Of a DNA stretch of 64,000 nucleotides, positions 29,166 to 42,955 are shown in pieces. The stretch covers positions 77,748,001 to 77,812,000 of the forward strand of contig OX597814.1 in the NCBI GenBank assembly GCA_951406725.2, read 5' to 3'. Position numbers and translations under genes: made by a program. Within the stretch, counting starts at the first letter, position 1, and each line of letters begins with the position of its first letter. Under the pieces are notes generated by a model that was not told where the DNA came from, made no database searches, and saw nothing but the letters and a program-made list of their open reading frames with translations. Origin of the DNA: Octopus vulgaris (Eukaryota).

Positions 29166-29267
29166 GACCTGAGGAGTGACTATACTTTTAAATTGAATTG
29201 TTTTTTGATTAAATTTAAATTTAATTGTAATTTGAATTGAAGTTATAGCCACGAAACACACGTAGTC
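29166..29267 (+). ncRNA. Type I hammerhead ribozyme motif with ~77-nt extended stem II
   Basis: gac CTGAGGA gtgactata...tatagccac GAAA cacac GTA gtc. Confidence 0.7.
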
Positions 29268-29412
29268 TTTTTACTTATTATATATTGTTTATTCATTTGT
29301 TTGTACTTTTTGTGATCTAGTTATATGTTTTATAATATATTTTATTTTTTCTTTATGATTTGGTTTATGTCAATCATTGTTTGAATTACATAATAGTAGT
29401 TTTTCTCTAATT

Positions 29413-29457
<45 letters not shown>

Positions 29458-29583
29458 ATCCAAACATGATACATGCATGTATATTTGTTGGAATTGTCAT
29501 TTTAGTAAATAAATAGATAAATTGACATAATATAATGTCTACACCTATTGATCCCCTTTATTTTCTTATTGCTCTCTCTTTCA

Positions 29584-29654
<71 letters not shown>

Positions 29655-29672
29655 ATCTTCATATTTGTTCAG

Positions 29673-29903
29673 TATTTCAGGGAACCGTCACTAATGAAGA
29701 AATCAAAGAGCTTCATAATGCTCTACACAACATTAATTTGTCATCAACTCTTCCAGCTAATGAAATACTTCCATCAAATAATTTGGTTGTTGAGAACACA
29801 AAGCAGCCACACTACCTTGTGGATGATTCTGTTCAGTTTTCTAATGATACACATCTTAAAAATAATACTAAAGAACATATTCAAAATGCTACTCTCAATA
29901 CTG
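29673..29903 (+). CDS. CEP162: CEP162 exon 9
   Basis: gttcag / CTG|gtaagt; VFQGTVTNEEIKELHNALHNI...NATLNT open in phase 1. Confidence 0.8.
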
Positions 29904-30705
29904 GTAAGTATTAGAATTATATTGATTTTATTCTTAGTCATAAGGCCTACAATTTATATGGAAGAGGATTGAGATTGTAGGACATTCTTGTCTTTATCAT
30001 GGGGATAGACTTTACCTTTCATCTTGTGATTTATATAAAACAAAGTACCAGTAAAGTACTTGGGTAATTTAATGTGCTATACCTCAAACCACAAATTTGT
30101 GGTTTTGTACCTCATTTCAAAATTGTCATCATTAATATTGATTTCAAATTTTGGCTTAACGCCAGCAATTTCAGAGTTGGGGGCAAGTCAATCACATTGA
30201 CCCCAGTGTTCCACTGAACGTTGGCAGAATTTGAACTCAGAACATAGAGATGGATGAAATGTCATTAAGCCTTATCAGAATTGATACTTTAAGCATTAAA
30301 TTAGAATATAGTTTTTTTTGCTAAAAAAAACAACAAAAAAAAACAAAAACAAAAATAACCCATATTCTGGCACTCTGTCAGTCATGATGATGAGAATTCC
30401 AGTCTATCCTATCAATGAAACAACATGTTTGTGAAATTAACATACAAGTGACTAAGCACTCCACAGACATGCATACCTTTAATGTAGTTCTCAAAGAGAT
30501 TCAATGTGATGCAGGATATGATAAGGCTGGCCCTTTGAAATAAAGGCATTACTCATATTTGCCAGCTGATTGAAGTGGATCAATGTGAAATAGAATGTCT
30601 TGCTCAAGGACACAACATGCTGCTGGTTATCAAACTCACGATCTTACGATTGTAATCCAAATACCCTAACCACTAAGTCATGTACCCTGACACAAACCAT
30701 ATACA

Positions 30706-31007
30706 CAGGTATACCTCAACTTAATGTTGTTTGCCACTTTTGACCTAAGATCAAATAAACCTCAACTTCAGTTGACTTATCTGACTTTATGATGGGCTCA
30801 GTGAACATATTTAAAAGCATAGAAATATAAAAATAAAAAAGCACCTGAAATCAAATAAAATACACATGAAAATATGTACAAACCCAAACCATTTATTAAA
30901 AAAGTTATAAGCTAATAAAATTCTTAAAATGATTTTTTTGTGTTACACAATTATTGAGATAAGTCATGTTTTGGAACCAGTTAACAGTGTAAGTTGAGGT
31001 ATTCCTG
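30706..31007. mobile_element. pogo/Tigger-like MITE
   Basis: CAGGTATACCTCAACTTA ... TAAGTTGAGGTATTCCTG inverted termini. Confidence 0.65.
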
Positions 31008-31152
31008 TTTTTGCATAATGAATTTAATTTTAGTCTACAAAGTTTTAGTATACGAGTTATTTTATTTGCACATTTTTATTCTGTAGATAATCTTGTAGCT
31101 AATAATTGGGGATGTTATTCTTTAAATTAATAATTTGTGTTTGTTTTATCAG

Positions 31153-31230
31153 AGGCCAAAGAAAACAACACATATGAAAGTCTAGTGAAAGAATCAGAGA
31201 AAACAGAATTAAATCAGAGAATATCAAATG
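31153..31230 (+). CDS. CEP162: CEP162 exon 10
   Basis: ttatcag / ATG|gtaagt; EAKENNTYESLVKESEKTELNQRISN. Confidence 0.8.
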
Positions 31231-32329
31231 GTAAGTTTCTCTTTCAGCATTTTCATATTCTTTTAGTGTTTAAAACACATAAAATTCTTTAGAGAACAAG
31301 TGTGAAAGTTCATTAGTGTAAGTCTTTGCCTGCAGTGTGGCCCCAGGCAAAACATGGTATTTGCAATAGCAGGTTTAAATTTTACAATTCAGTGGTTTGA
31401 CTATTGTTTTGGTCAACAGTTTTACTTCACTTCAATGTTGAAAAAGATCAGAAAGATATAGTGGATGAATAAAAGAAAAAAAATGTATCAGAATGATTCA
31501 GGCTATGTGGAAGAAGTTTCCTGCTGAACCATATGATTTAGTCCCACTGTGTGGTTCCTTAGACAAGTGTCTTGTACTATAGCCATGGTCTTACTAAATT
31601 CTTATGAGTGGATTTAGTGGATAAGAACAGAAAGAAGCCTGTCGTATATGTATGTATGTATGTATGTACATATGTATGTATGTGTGTATGTGCGTGTGTA
31701 CCTTTATGTTTGTGTCTGTCTCTTTCTCACTGCTTGATAACTGTGTTAGGTTGTTTACATCTCTGTAACTTAGTAGTTCAGCAAAAGAGACCTGTGAAAT
31801 AAGTACCAGACTTTAAAAGAAAATATGTACTGGGGTTGAATTATTGAACATTTCAAGGTGGTACCCCAGCTAAATCTGAATTTCACTAGCAACCACATAC
31901 TTTGATCAATTTAGCCTCTAATGATATAGAAAAACAATAATTAACAAACCACCAGTGTCACAAATAGTTAGTAGACCAGATAAAAATTTATTCTTAGTGA
32001 CAGAAGCAGTATTATTTCAAAATAGCATTCTGTATGTCTTACTTAACATGCATACACATTAGAAAAGCATACAACTGTGGTATTTGTCTTGAGAAAGTAT
32101 CTTATATAGATGTATAAAAAGCACAGAAGAGTATCATTAAAATTTCAGATGAAAATTATATAGCAGTGACAGTGAAATTACTAAATCCAGGTTTCTGCTT
32201 CTTTGAGCATCATTAGACATTTCAGTTGGTTGCTTGGCTGGGTGCATCTCTAATATAGAATTTAACAAAAATGCCATTAAGTCAATAGTTTGGGTTTCAA
32301 AGATTATTGGTCTCTGTTGTATACTTTAG

Positions 32330-32418
32330 CAGAGAATTCTGAAGGAAACATTTATGGTTTTGACCTCAGTCCTGTTGTCATCGACAATGAACCAGCTTCA
32401 TCAGTGTCAGCACCATTT
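32330..32418 (+). CDS. CEP162: CEP162 exon 11 (NAGNAG acceptor)
   Basis: tttagcag / gtgagt; AENSEGNIYGFDLSPVV (CEP162-like GFDLxPV motif); restores phase 0 needed by the next exon. Confidence 0.8.
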
Positions 32419-32989
32419 GTGAGTAACCATTTTTCTCAGCTATTTTAAACATTAATGTATAACAACCCATCTTTTGATTTTCTTTACATATATGCTTTGA
32501 GGAGGAAGAAAGGCAATGCCTATGGCCTTTTACAGAACTTCTGATACTGGAAATTGGGTGGGGTGGAGAAAGAGTGGAAGAAGCTATAACATGTGATTGT
32601 GTTAATCCAAATTGTTCAACTTAAACCAGAGTGGAAGATGGACATGGAAAGATGACGATAATGATGAAGATGATCAAACATGCTCACACACATACATGCA
32701 CACACAAACACACGCACACATACACACACACACACACACGTCAACCTAATTAATAAAAATTATGGAAAGGAGAGGTGATAATATGTATCCCTACTGGAGT
32801 CTGACTCCCACATTGAAAATTTTAAATTTTCACCATTTACCTGAATACAAACATTTGGGCCATTTGTGTAGAGACTTCATGGCAGCCAGAAGTTATCTAT
32901 TAATCTCAGACTCTTGCACAACTGTCCACAGCAGATCCTGTGGCATGCAATGAAATGTCCATTTTGAGGTCTACAAATTTTTATGAACT

Positions 32990-33390
32990 GGATTGACATG
33001 TGCTGCTGTTGTGGAAGTGCAGTTGGTGGGTGTAGAATCATTCAGCTGATTTTTGCAGATGACGTGATAATACTTGGCTTGTCACAAGGTCATCTCCAGC
33101 ATGCACTGAATGGATTTGCTGATGAGTGCTGCAAGGAAGGCATGAGAATATATATTATGAAAACTGAGACAGGAGTTCTCTCAAGAAAGTCTTCCCAGTG
33201 CATTCTGCATGTTGGTGGAACATTATTGAAGCAAGTGGAGAAGTTTATGTCTCTTGGGGCTGTATTCACATGTAATGGGAAGCAGGAGGAGGCTGAATTA
33301 GATGCTAGGATTGCAGGTGCTGGTACAGTAATGCACCAGCTCCAGCATTCAATTCTCAGAAGAGAAGAGGTTGGTAAAAAAGTCAAATGT
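32990..33390 (+). mobile_element. Old LINE RT fragment
   Basis: LIFADDVII...LQHALNGF...KTE...LKQVEKF..LG. Confidence 0.8.
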
Positions 33391-33480
33391 AATGTTGGGT
33401 AAAAAAAAGTTTTACTTAAAATGTTCTTAAAAATGTTTTAAGATACTTGTAATGTTTTTATTTTCTTCTTTGTATTGAAG

Positions 33481-33550
33481 GAACCCCAGAATATTGAGAT
33501 TGGTACCTTTGAGCAACCCAGTCTTCTTGTGACTGATCTTAGTAAAACAA
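33481..33550 (+). CDS. CEP162: CEP162 exon 12
   Basis: tgaag / gtaagt; EPQNIEIGTFEQPSLLVTDLSKT; phase 0 to 1. Confidence 0.75.
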
Positions 33551-34210
33551 GTAAGTTATAACTATCAGTTGCTTTTATATACCTAATATGTAACTACATT
33601 TACCTCACTTTTCATAAAAATTCATCTCACATAATGCTGTTTATTCCTTATTTAAATCCTTATTTAATTCTTTATTTAAATCACATTTCACTAAGATTAC
33701 ATCATCATGATATCACACTTACTTCACATATCACCTTATTTATCACAGATTGCACTGTGATTATGTAGATGTCATATGGCCGACATGAAATCATGAAAAT
33801 TTGGATCTTGGGAAAATGTCTTTTACTACAACCTTGGGTTTCACTGAAGCCTTGTGGGTAAAATTGGGTAAATAGAAACCATATGGAAGCTATGTGGATG
33901 AATTGTATGTGTAATTGAAAGGTGCAGCCTTGTCACATTCTGTGTTATGCTGGATCTGTTTGATGATTAAGGTTATATGTGTCTATGGAATACCCAACCA
34001 CTTTCACCCTAATTCAATGAGTTGATAACACAATTGATGAAACTATTGCAAATTCATGGCTGCAAATTGTGACAGATCTATTATTAGCAATGAGCTTACC
34101 ATAAATGCATCTATATTTACTAAACATTTCATTAAAAGTACCTTACATTAATCCCTCTGTTTGCCTTACATAACCATTCTCGTTTAAATAACATTTAACA
34201 ATTGTTTCAG

Positions 34211-34348
34211 CCAATGTGTCAAAGAAGACCAACAAATACAGCAATGTACCTAGTTCAGGTTATGGATGGAAGACAGTTTCACTTCAGCGATCCAAAACAA
34301 AAACTTCAGTTAATTCTAATAAATCTGCTGAAGTAAGCAAGACATCTG
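34211..34348 (+). CDS. CEP162: CEP162 exon 13
   Basis: tttcag / CTG|gtgaga; TNVSKKTNKYSNVPSSGYGWK (CEP162-like SSGYG motif). Confidence 0.85.
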
Positions 34349-34876
34349 GTGAGATTTGAGTGTTGAATTTGTTCTTTCACGTTTTCTTCTTTATTTCTGT
34401 TATTCTTTCATTCATTCATTTATTTCTTTTCTTTTTCTTGTCTTTTGATTTCTTCAGCATATTTGACAGCATAATTTGTGTGGGTTTAATGAACCTTTTT
34501 TGGATATTTGTTTGCATTGACTAGCTCTTGCATCATTCTCAGATCAGATTTCTTCTGAATGTAACATTATTATGCGTAGAATACCTAACTACCACCATTA
34601 TATAACCTGATCCAGTGTGCCACTGACACAAGCATTCAACATTTGTTCAAATAAATCATTTGGGTCAATGCAACACTGATCAGTGTCTTGAACTTGTAGT
34701 GAGTAGTTTCTCAGGTTGTTAGATGGGGAAAGTAAAAGAGTTAACTGGTTAAACTGTTGTTACTATATCAATATCAAAGATGAGATTACAGATTTAAATT
34801 AAGTTCAGTGTATGAAAGCTCTTCTGAAGCATAAATTAAGACGACAAATTAGACATGAGTTTGTATTTTGTTTCAG

Positions 34877-34968
34877 GAACAAGCCAAGTTGCACTGGTGA
34901 AATCAAAGATGGAATTAGCGAAGAATACAGAAAAAAGTTTAGAACAACTTTCAAAATATCTTAGTGAT
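34877..34968 (+). CDS. CEP162: CEP162 exon 14
   Basis: tttcag / gtaaga; GTSQVALVKSKMELAKNTEKSLEQLSKYLSD; phase 1 to 0. Confidence 0.8.
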
Positions 34969-37431
34969 GTAAGAAAAATATATATCATTTATGAGAAATT
35001 TTAAAGATTAATGAATTGAGAAAGCATCTGGCAATAGATGCTTTTCTTTTAAATGAAGATCATTGTATTAATCTATATTAATATCCACCTGGATATAGGC
35101 TTGGAAACATGATATTGATTTAATAATACATTGTCTAGATATAAATGTACACGCACACACACATCCATGCACATATATCTACTAGGTTGCTGCTGATTGT
35201 TCCCATAGTTGTCCTTCTCTTATTGAACCCTTGAGCATTATCCTAGTCAGTAGAGCCTCTGACAGTTGGTATACTTTTCCAGCTGCCATCAATCTAGGAT
35301 AAATTGTTTTAGTAACACCTCCACTATCAACTAATCTCATGGCAACACCATGCCCAGCTGTTTCTTTTAGCTAGCAACAAATAGCGTTTGTACCAAGGCC
35401 TTTGTCTTTTCTTGCACAACACAGGTGGCATGAAGCAGGAGACTTACTGTGTGAGTAACAGCCAGTCTTCAAAAAAAAAAAAAAGATAAAAGAAACCTTA
35501 CCTGAGACTGGGCTCTGAGGAGAAACTTTCCAGTTGCACAGTCAATCTTGGGTAACAGAGATCTTAGATTAACTCCTAGATATAGAGATCAGTGAATTCA
35601 AAAGATTATGATAAAAAATGTTAATGCTTTAATGTAAAACACAATTATAAACTTAATAGTGAATAAACACTGCAATTAATGGATGACTGCCAAAATATAT
35701 GTGTGCACACACACACACACAAACACACACACAAACACACACGCATGCTAATCACTTTACAGAGTGTAAGAAAAGCACCTAGTACATTTATGGTAGTTAG
35801 CATTAGGAAAGGAATCCAGCCATGGAAAATCTGCCCCAGCAGCATGGAAAAAACATAGAAAAATGAGTGTTCAAATAGTTGAATAGTTGATAGAGAGGAT
35901 GATGATGATGATGATGATGTGTGTGTGAGTGTATGTGTGTGTATATCCATCCATCAATCCATCCACCTATCCATCCCTCCCATCAGGCTTTATTTAAAAT
36001 TTTTGAACTTGCATTGTTTTGGCTTAAAAAAGAATTTAAACGCATATATGAGACAATGCTTCATGAAAACAATATATATCATCATCATCATCATCATCAT
36101 CATTTCATGTCCACTTTCCATGCTTGCATGGGTTAGATGGTTTGACTGGAACTGGTAAACCAGAGAACTGCACCAATTCAAGTCTGATTTTGGCTTGGTT
36201 TCTACAGCCGGATGCCCTTCCCAATGCCAACCACTCTGAGAGTGTAGTGAGTGCCTTTTACGTGTCACTGGCATGGGTGATTTTATTTGTCACAAACACA
36301 GATGCTGTTACATGACACCAGCTTTTGATTTCACTTGGCTTGACTAGTATTCTCAAGCAAAGCAAATCTCCAAAGGTCACAATCACTTGTCATTGCCTCT
36401 GTGAGACACCACATTTGAAAATCATGCTTCACTACCTCATCCCATGTCTTCCTGGGTCTAACTCTTCCCCAAGTTCCTTCCACAGTTAGAAATCAGCACT
36501 TCTTTATGCAATTGTCCTCATCCATACACATCACTTAGAAACCACATTGCTGCTCTCCATATGGCTTCTGTAAAAAAGAACAAAGATAGAAGTAATCTTC
36601 TTCATGATATTGGATCACATCGGCGGGCTCTCTGTGCCGGGAGAGATTTGGAGATTCGGCGCCAGCTCTGCCAGATTGATAAGGTTTTGTTTTTTTTATG
36701 ATAATCAATGATCAGCATCAAATTAATATATCTTCTTTCATTGTTTGTTTTTAAAGGGATTCAAGTAAAACTGTTTCTTTTCCCATATTACTCGACATAT
36801 TTGCTCATTTAAGCATGGCTGTGTTGTGTTTGAGAACTCTTGCTTCCCAACCACATGATTTCAGATTCAGCCCCACTGTGTAGCATGTGCCTTCTGCTAT
36901 AGCCAAAGGCTCTGTGAGTGGATTTGGTTGGTGGAAACTGAAAAAAGCTCATCATGTATATATACATATGTGTTTTCCAAAATGGAGGCAAACACCTTTC
37001 TCCATGTGATTGACTTAAAAAATTTTAAGGCACTTGGGTATTTTCCTGCTTTTCTTAGCACGAAACCAATGTTAGCCTTAATTTACAAATACAAAAACTA
37101 TATATCCACCAATGCAGTGTTGAGCTCTCATTTTTATCTTTTGACGAACCAAATTCGATGACTGGCACCCATGCCAGTGGAGTGATAACAGCTCCATCTG
37201 AGCAGGATCACTGCCAGAGCAGCTGTCTGGCTTCCATGCTGGTGGCACGTAAAAGCACTAATTACACTCTCGGAGTGGTTGGCGTTAGGAAGGGCATCCA
37301 GCTGTAGAAACTCTGCCAGATCAGATTGGAGCCTGGTGCAGCCATCTGATTTGCCAGTCCTCAGTCAAATTGTCCAACCCATTCTAGCATGGAAAGCGGA
37401 CATTAAACGATGATAATAATATAATAATATA

Positions 37432-38065
37432 ACCATACTAGCACAGTCGTCTCTCTTGCACACCACATCTGATGCCTCTTATGCCCAATTTTTCTCTCAA
37501 GATGCATACACTTTGTTATACATGCATGCTGACATTGCACATCCAGTGGAGCATGCTAGCTTCATTGCTTTCAAGCCTTGGCATGTCCTCTGCAGTCACA
37601 GCCCATGTTTCACTCTCATGTAGCATGGCTGTTTGCACACAGGTATCATACAGTCTGCCTTTCACTCTGAGAGAAAGGCCCTTTGTTGCTAACAAAGTTA
37701 GAAACTCTCTGAACTTTGCCCAGCCTATTCTTATTCTTGCAGCAATGCTCTTGGAACATCCATCTCCACTGCTGACTTGGTCACCTAGATAATGAAAGCT
37801 ACCAACTACTTCTTGGTATCCTCACTGGCATTTGATGGAGTCTATTTCCTGTATATTTCTAGTGTTTATTGTACCTGTGCATCTGCCACACATGAAGACT
37901 ATTTTCCCTGTTAACCTTCCTCTGATATTGCTGTACCTCTTATGTGTCCATAACTTGCACCAGGAATACTTTATGGAGTTTCTACCTCCACCTTTCCTAC
38001 ATGCTGAGCAGGGCCATCTACCTGAAGGGATTTGTGCTTTGTCTGCTTTCCTACTTAGACTTTAG
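37432..38065 (-). mobile_element. RTE LINE fragment (RT C-terminal part including the Cys/His finger)
   Basis: reverse complement homologous to about 63120-63740. Confidence 0.85.
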
Positions 38066-38291
38066 TTTTTGCTGGTCTTAACAGCAAATACCAAAGTCAT
38101 ACAACTGGTAGTTTGCCGGCAAAGCACATTCACTGGCTTAGTGTTCATTGGGTATATAATTAATGAGAGAGATGGAAGATACAAGAATCTTTATTGATCA
38201 CTGCAATTGGTTCGATCCATCTGGCATCTTCTGTCTCTCTCATTAATTACATATGTATATTTATGTATGTATATATAAATGTCTGTTGCAG

Positions 38292-38418
38292 TCTAGAGCA
38301 CTTCAACCAATTGTTAAGAAATCAACAGATGCTGACATAAATGACATTGCTCATCCAGAGGTCAATATTTTAAAGAAACAGTTGGAAGAAGAAAGAGAAC
38401 TGATATTTCAACTGAAAG
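38292..38418 (+). CDS. CEP162: CEP162 exon 15
   Basis: ttgcag / AAG|gtaatt; SRALQP...ILKKQLEEERELIFQLK, start of coiled-coil region. Confidence 0.85.
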
Positions 38419-39231
38419 GTAATTCTTCCTCTTTCCCCCAGTTTTCCTTCCTTCTTTTACCTTCCCCCTTTTTCTTTCTTTGTTATTGGGTTGGTTTTAT
38501 ATTTTAACACTACAGTGATTCTCAAACTGTTCTGTAAGAGTTGTCTAGGTGCATCATCGATTTAGGTTTTAGAAAATCTGTATTAGTACTTCAATGTCTT
38601 GAAAAATGTGTTGCACAGGCATAGCTGTCAAGTACAGGCATGGCTGTGTGGATAACAAGCTCAGATTCTTCAGTAAAGTTATTAACAGGCTGTGTGTTAT
38701 GTAAGGGAAGACCATGACTGAGCAGTTAGAGTGCTGGGCTCACAATTATGAGGTAGTGAGTTCGATTCCCGGACTGGGCTGTGTGTTGTGTTCTTGAGCG
38801 ACACTGTATTTCACATTGCTCCAGTTCACTTAGCTGTAGAAATGAGTTGTGATGTCACTGGTGCCCAGTTGTATTGGTTTTTGACTTTCCCTTGAATAAC
38901 ATCGATGGTGTGGAGAAGGAAGGCTGGTATGCATGGGCAACTGCTGGTCTTTCATAAACAACCTTGCCAGAACTTGTGCCTTGGAGAGGAACTTTCTAGG
39001 TGCAATTCCATGGTCATTCGTGACTAAAGAGGTTCTTTATATATATGTGTATGTATATATATAAATTAGAAAAATAAACCACCTTTTATCAATTCAACAA
39101 TGGAAAAATTAAATTATACCATATAGAAAAAATTACATCCTATAGAAAAAAATTAAATATAAGATAAAAACATATATCAATAATTAAGTAATGTACAAAG
39201 TAATAAATAAAATGTATATATTTGGTAAAAT

Positions 39232-39312
39232 GACTACATGTGTTTTGTGGGTATATTTAAGAACTGATAACAGTAAAATCAATTCAATTTAAATATAGCC
39301 ACTCTTCAGGTC
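39232..39312 (-). ncRNA. Decayed long-stem-II hammerhead in an AT-rich pLTR-like remnant (about 39060-39560)
   Basis: minus strand: gac CTGAAGA gtggctatatttaa...ttaaatatacccac AAAA cacatg TA gtc; G12 changed to A at a CpG. Confidence 0.55.
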
Positions 39313-39518
39313 AAAGATAAAAACAATAAAATAATTAAATAAATAAATATACAAAATATCTTAACAAAATATTCTGGGGTAAATAAAAATAGAATAAATA
39401 GGTATAAATATTTATTATATCTATAAAAATAAAATTTTAACTTATATAAGAAAAGAATAACAAACTATATTATATCATTACTAGAAAATAAAATACAATT
39501 AATTAAATTATTTAAAAC

Positions 39519-39559
<41 letters not shown>

Positions 39560-40189
39560 AAATATACATCAAGTAGAAACTAAAATACTATAATTTAATC
39601 TATATACATTAAATTAAATTATTTATTAATTTATTTATTTAATAAACATCTGATTCTAATTAAGTAATATATACTAAAAAAACTTCATGTTAAGTTATTT
39701 ACACAATACTAGTACTTCATGTTAAGTTATATACACAATATTAGAATTAAAGATAGAGAATGGTTCAAATATATGCACACCTATTATATAAACTTACTAT
39801 ATTATTAATTTAGATATAGTATATATAGATTTAATATGACACTCACCAAAATATCAATTAATATTAAGCTTATTTACTTAAATGTAATACTACGTAACAA
39901 ATAAACCTCATAACTATTAGATAATATATTGTCTTACAAAACTATTTCTCAAAGTAAATTATATGTAATATATTAAATCACATAAAAATAATAATAAACA
40001 TAATAAATTAAATAGATATATGTATCGTAACTAATAATTATCAAGAAACTATATATGAATTAATATTTTAACAATAATAATAATAATAATAATTAAGCAT
40101 AATACAATTAAAAAATTAAGCAATATTGTTAAATAAAAAACGTTACTTATCTTATTGATGAATATTAATATTCAAAAATTGCTTTCAAA

Positions 40190-40430
40190 TACCTCCTTCC
40201 ATTTCTAAAACTTCTGCCACAATCCCTCCATCATCTCACTCATCAGAACAAGGTCATCTGCATACAGTATCTCCATTAGCACTCTCTGTCACCACATCAA
40301 CCACTATTGCAAACAACAACGGTGACAACGCATATCCCTGATGCAGGCCGACTTTCACTGCAAACTCCTCTGACAGCTCTGATCCAACTCTAGCTCTTGT
40401 CTTTACCCCTTCATACAAACTCATCACTGG
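40190..40430 (-). mobile_element. RTE-type RT fragment
   Basis: SLYEGVKTRARVG...FAVKVGLHQGYALSPLLFAIVVD, then YADDL in another frame. Confidence 0.8.
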
Positions 40431-40653
40431 AAGTTGCTTCTTATTACTGCAAATAATGTTGTGAAACACTTATTGTTATCAAGATTTGTGGATCCCAAAC
40501 ATACTCAGGGTATTGTTGTATCCTCTGCTTAATGTTATCTGCTGGTTATTGTTATTTAAAAAATTCTGTTCCAAAGTGATCACACGAAACAGCTTCCACT
40601 GTAATATCTAAATGCCTTCCTCTGTCTTACACCCTTTTGTTCTTTCATTTCAG

Positions 40654-40766
40654 TTAAAATAGCTGGCAATGAAAACAAATACCAACAATCCATTAAACAA
40701 CTGAATCAACAGTTCCTAGGGGAAATTGAAGACTTAAGAAAAGCAAATTATATTTTAGTTTCAAAA
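40654..40766 (+). CDS. CEP162: CEP162 exon 16
   Basis: tttcag / gtaaga; VKIAGNENKYQQ...EDLRKANYILVSK (cf. CEP162 QENYILQAK). Confidence 0.88.
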
Positions 40767-41924
40767 GTAAGAGTTAATGTTTTTATATCTTCTCCCCTGA
40801 TTTAATATCCAGCTCCCTTTTAATGTCTGTGTTCTATGTAAATGTGAGTTGGCTGGTTCTGCAAATTTGGATTATTGCACATTGTTGTTAATATTGTTTG
40901 ATCAGATATATAGATTATATGTACTGTTGCAGAGTTATTGTAACTGTTGTTGGCTCTTATTAGATTCAACTTTGGCCTGAAGGTAGCCAGTAAAATGACA
41001 CGGATTAAAATATATCCAATCTGTCAAATGTGTTGTACTTTAGATATATCATCCAGTCCTGCAGTGGCTTGTGCTGAAATATAATGTAACAGTCAGGTCA
41101 TGTTACACCCATTTTACAGTCCAGTCTGTTTATATAAGATCAGAAAACTATAGCCATAGCTTCAGGATATATGTGCAAAGAGATCTCATTAGATGTTCAA
41201 TGCTTTTTGATTGCTTATAATTTAACAACTTTAAAACATAAGGTTTATCTTTGTAGATATTTTGTAATTATTATTTAGGAAATTTAATAACCCTGTCTGT
41301 AGAGTATTGGGACTAAATAATTTGCAGTATTTAATTTTGTTGTTACAATCTGACCTCAAATACTTCTACAGTTAACTTTGTATTTCAGTCAATTCAATCC
41401 ACTATACTCTTTCCTTCTTACAAATTTATGGCTGCTGCCTTTGCCATCGTCATTGACATCTTGTGTCTGCTTTTCTATGCTGTCATAAGTTTGGTGGGTT
41501 TCACAGTAACATACAACTTGTCTCGGTCCTTTGTCATCTTGCATACACAACAATAGAAAAAATGTTTTCTTTCATGTTAGTCATGTTTTTTTTGGCATGA
41601 TTTTTATTTACAGCTGAATATCCTTTCTATTGCTAACCACTCACTCTACACTATGGGCTGTGCATTATATTATGTCACTGACACTTGACAGATTGTTTGC
41701 AGTAAGACTAATGAGTCCCCTATACTACTCTCCTAGATGGTTGCCTTCCTTGGCTGTGGTTTGTAGAGGAAGCATATCTTTTACTCTTCTCTTTTTGGCA
41801 TGGCTTTTCTAGCTGAATGCCCTCTCCATCATCAAGCACTTTACATCATGGACTAAATTGCATTGCATGTTAAAGCTGCCTTTTATATTTGAACACCCAA
41901 ACATCTTATCTCTAAACAATCATT

Positions 41925-42330
41925 CATCATCATCATCATCATCGTTTGACATCTGCTTTCCATATTGGCATGGGTTGGACAGTTTGACTGAGGACTGGCA
42001 AGCCAGGAGGCTGCACCGGGCTTCAATCTGATCTGGCAAGGTTTCTACAGCTGGATGCCTTTCCTAATGCCAATTACTCCAAGAGTGTAGTGGGTACTTT
42101 TTACATGCCACTGGTATTGGGGCCAGTCAAGCAGCACTGGCATTGACCAAATGGTGCTTTTTATGTGCCACCAGCACGGAAGCTAGTCAGGCAGCATTGG
42201 CATCAGCCATGACTACAATTTTATTTGACTCAACAGGTCTTCTGAAGCACAGCATATTGCCCGATGATTGAAGGGTACTTTTAAATGGGCCAGTTATGCA
42301 ACATTGGTATTGGCCATAGCTACGATCTCA
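41925..42330 (-). mobile_element. Family B retroposon
   Basis: (CAT)n tail and consensus body. Confidence 0.8.
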
Positions 42331-42746
42331 GTAAAGTAGAAATGCTATGTGAAGTACTTTTATCTTATAGAAAGAAAAATATTAGTAGTCGCCAAGTTTA
42401 GGAACGTTAATCTTATTCAATCCACTATTACACTTTAAATCAATAAATCCTTTAACACTCACCATGAACAAGATAGGTTTTTTTTTTTAAATTATAACTT
42501 TTTAGTATTGGTGGAGCACGTACTCTTACTGTTGGATGTACTTCCTACCCTAACCATTTATTTGTGAAGTGGAACCTGAATTTGGCAGAAGCTGTGTTAG
42601 GTATTTTTTCTTGAAGGTATAAATACAATGATTGCTGTAAGTTTTGAACTTATGACAATATAATTATTAAGTTTAATATTTTAAATCCCTTACTACATTT
42701 GTAACACTTGTTTAGAATATTTTTATGAATTTTATATCCCATACAG

Positions 42747-42955
42747 GTATCTGGAGAAAATGGGAAAAATTTGAATGAGCAGGAAGATCACTTTCAGAAA
42801 GAACTAGAAGAACATCAGAAGCTTTTAGTTGCTTATGATGCTGAGAACAAACGTCTGTATAATGATGCCAAACAGCAAAAAGTTTTGCAGAAAAAAGCTG
42901 AAGAGAGAATGTTCTCTGAAAACCAGAAATTGTTGCGAGAACTTAACAGTCTGCG
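42747..42955 (+). CDS. CEP162: CEP162 exon 17
   Basis: tacag / gttagt; QKLLVAYDAENKRLYN...EERMFSENQKL matches the conserved CEP162 LLQGYQQENERLYN...EERMFKENQ block. Confidence 0.93.
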
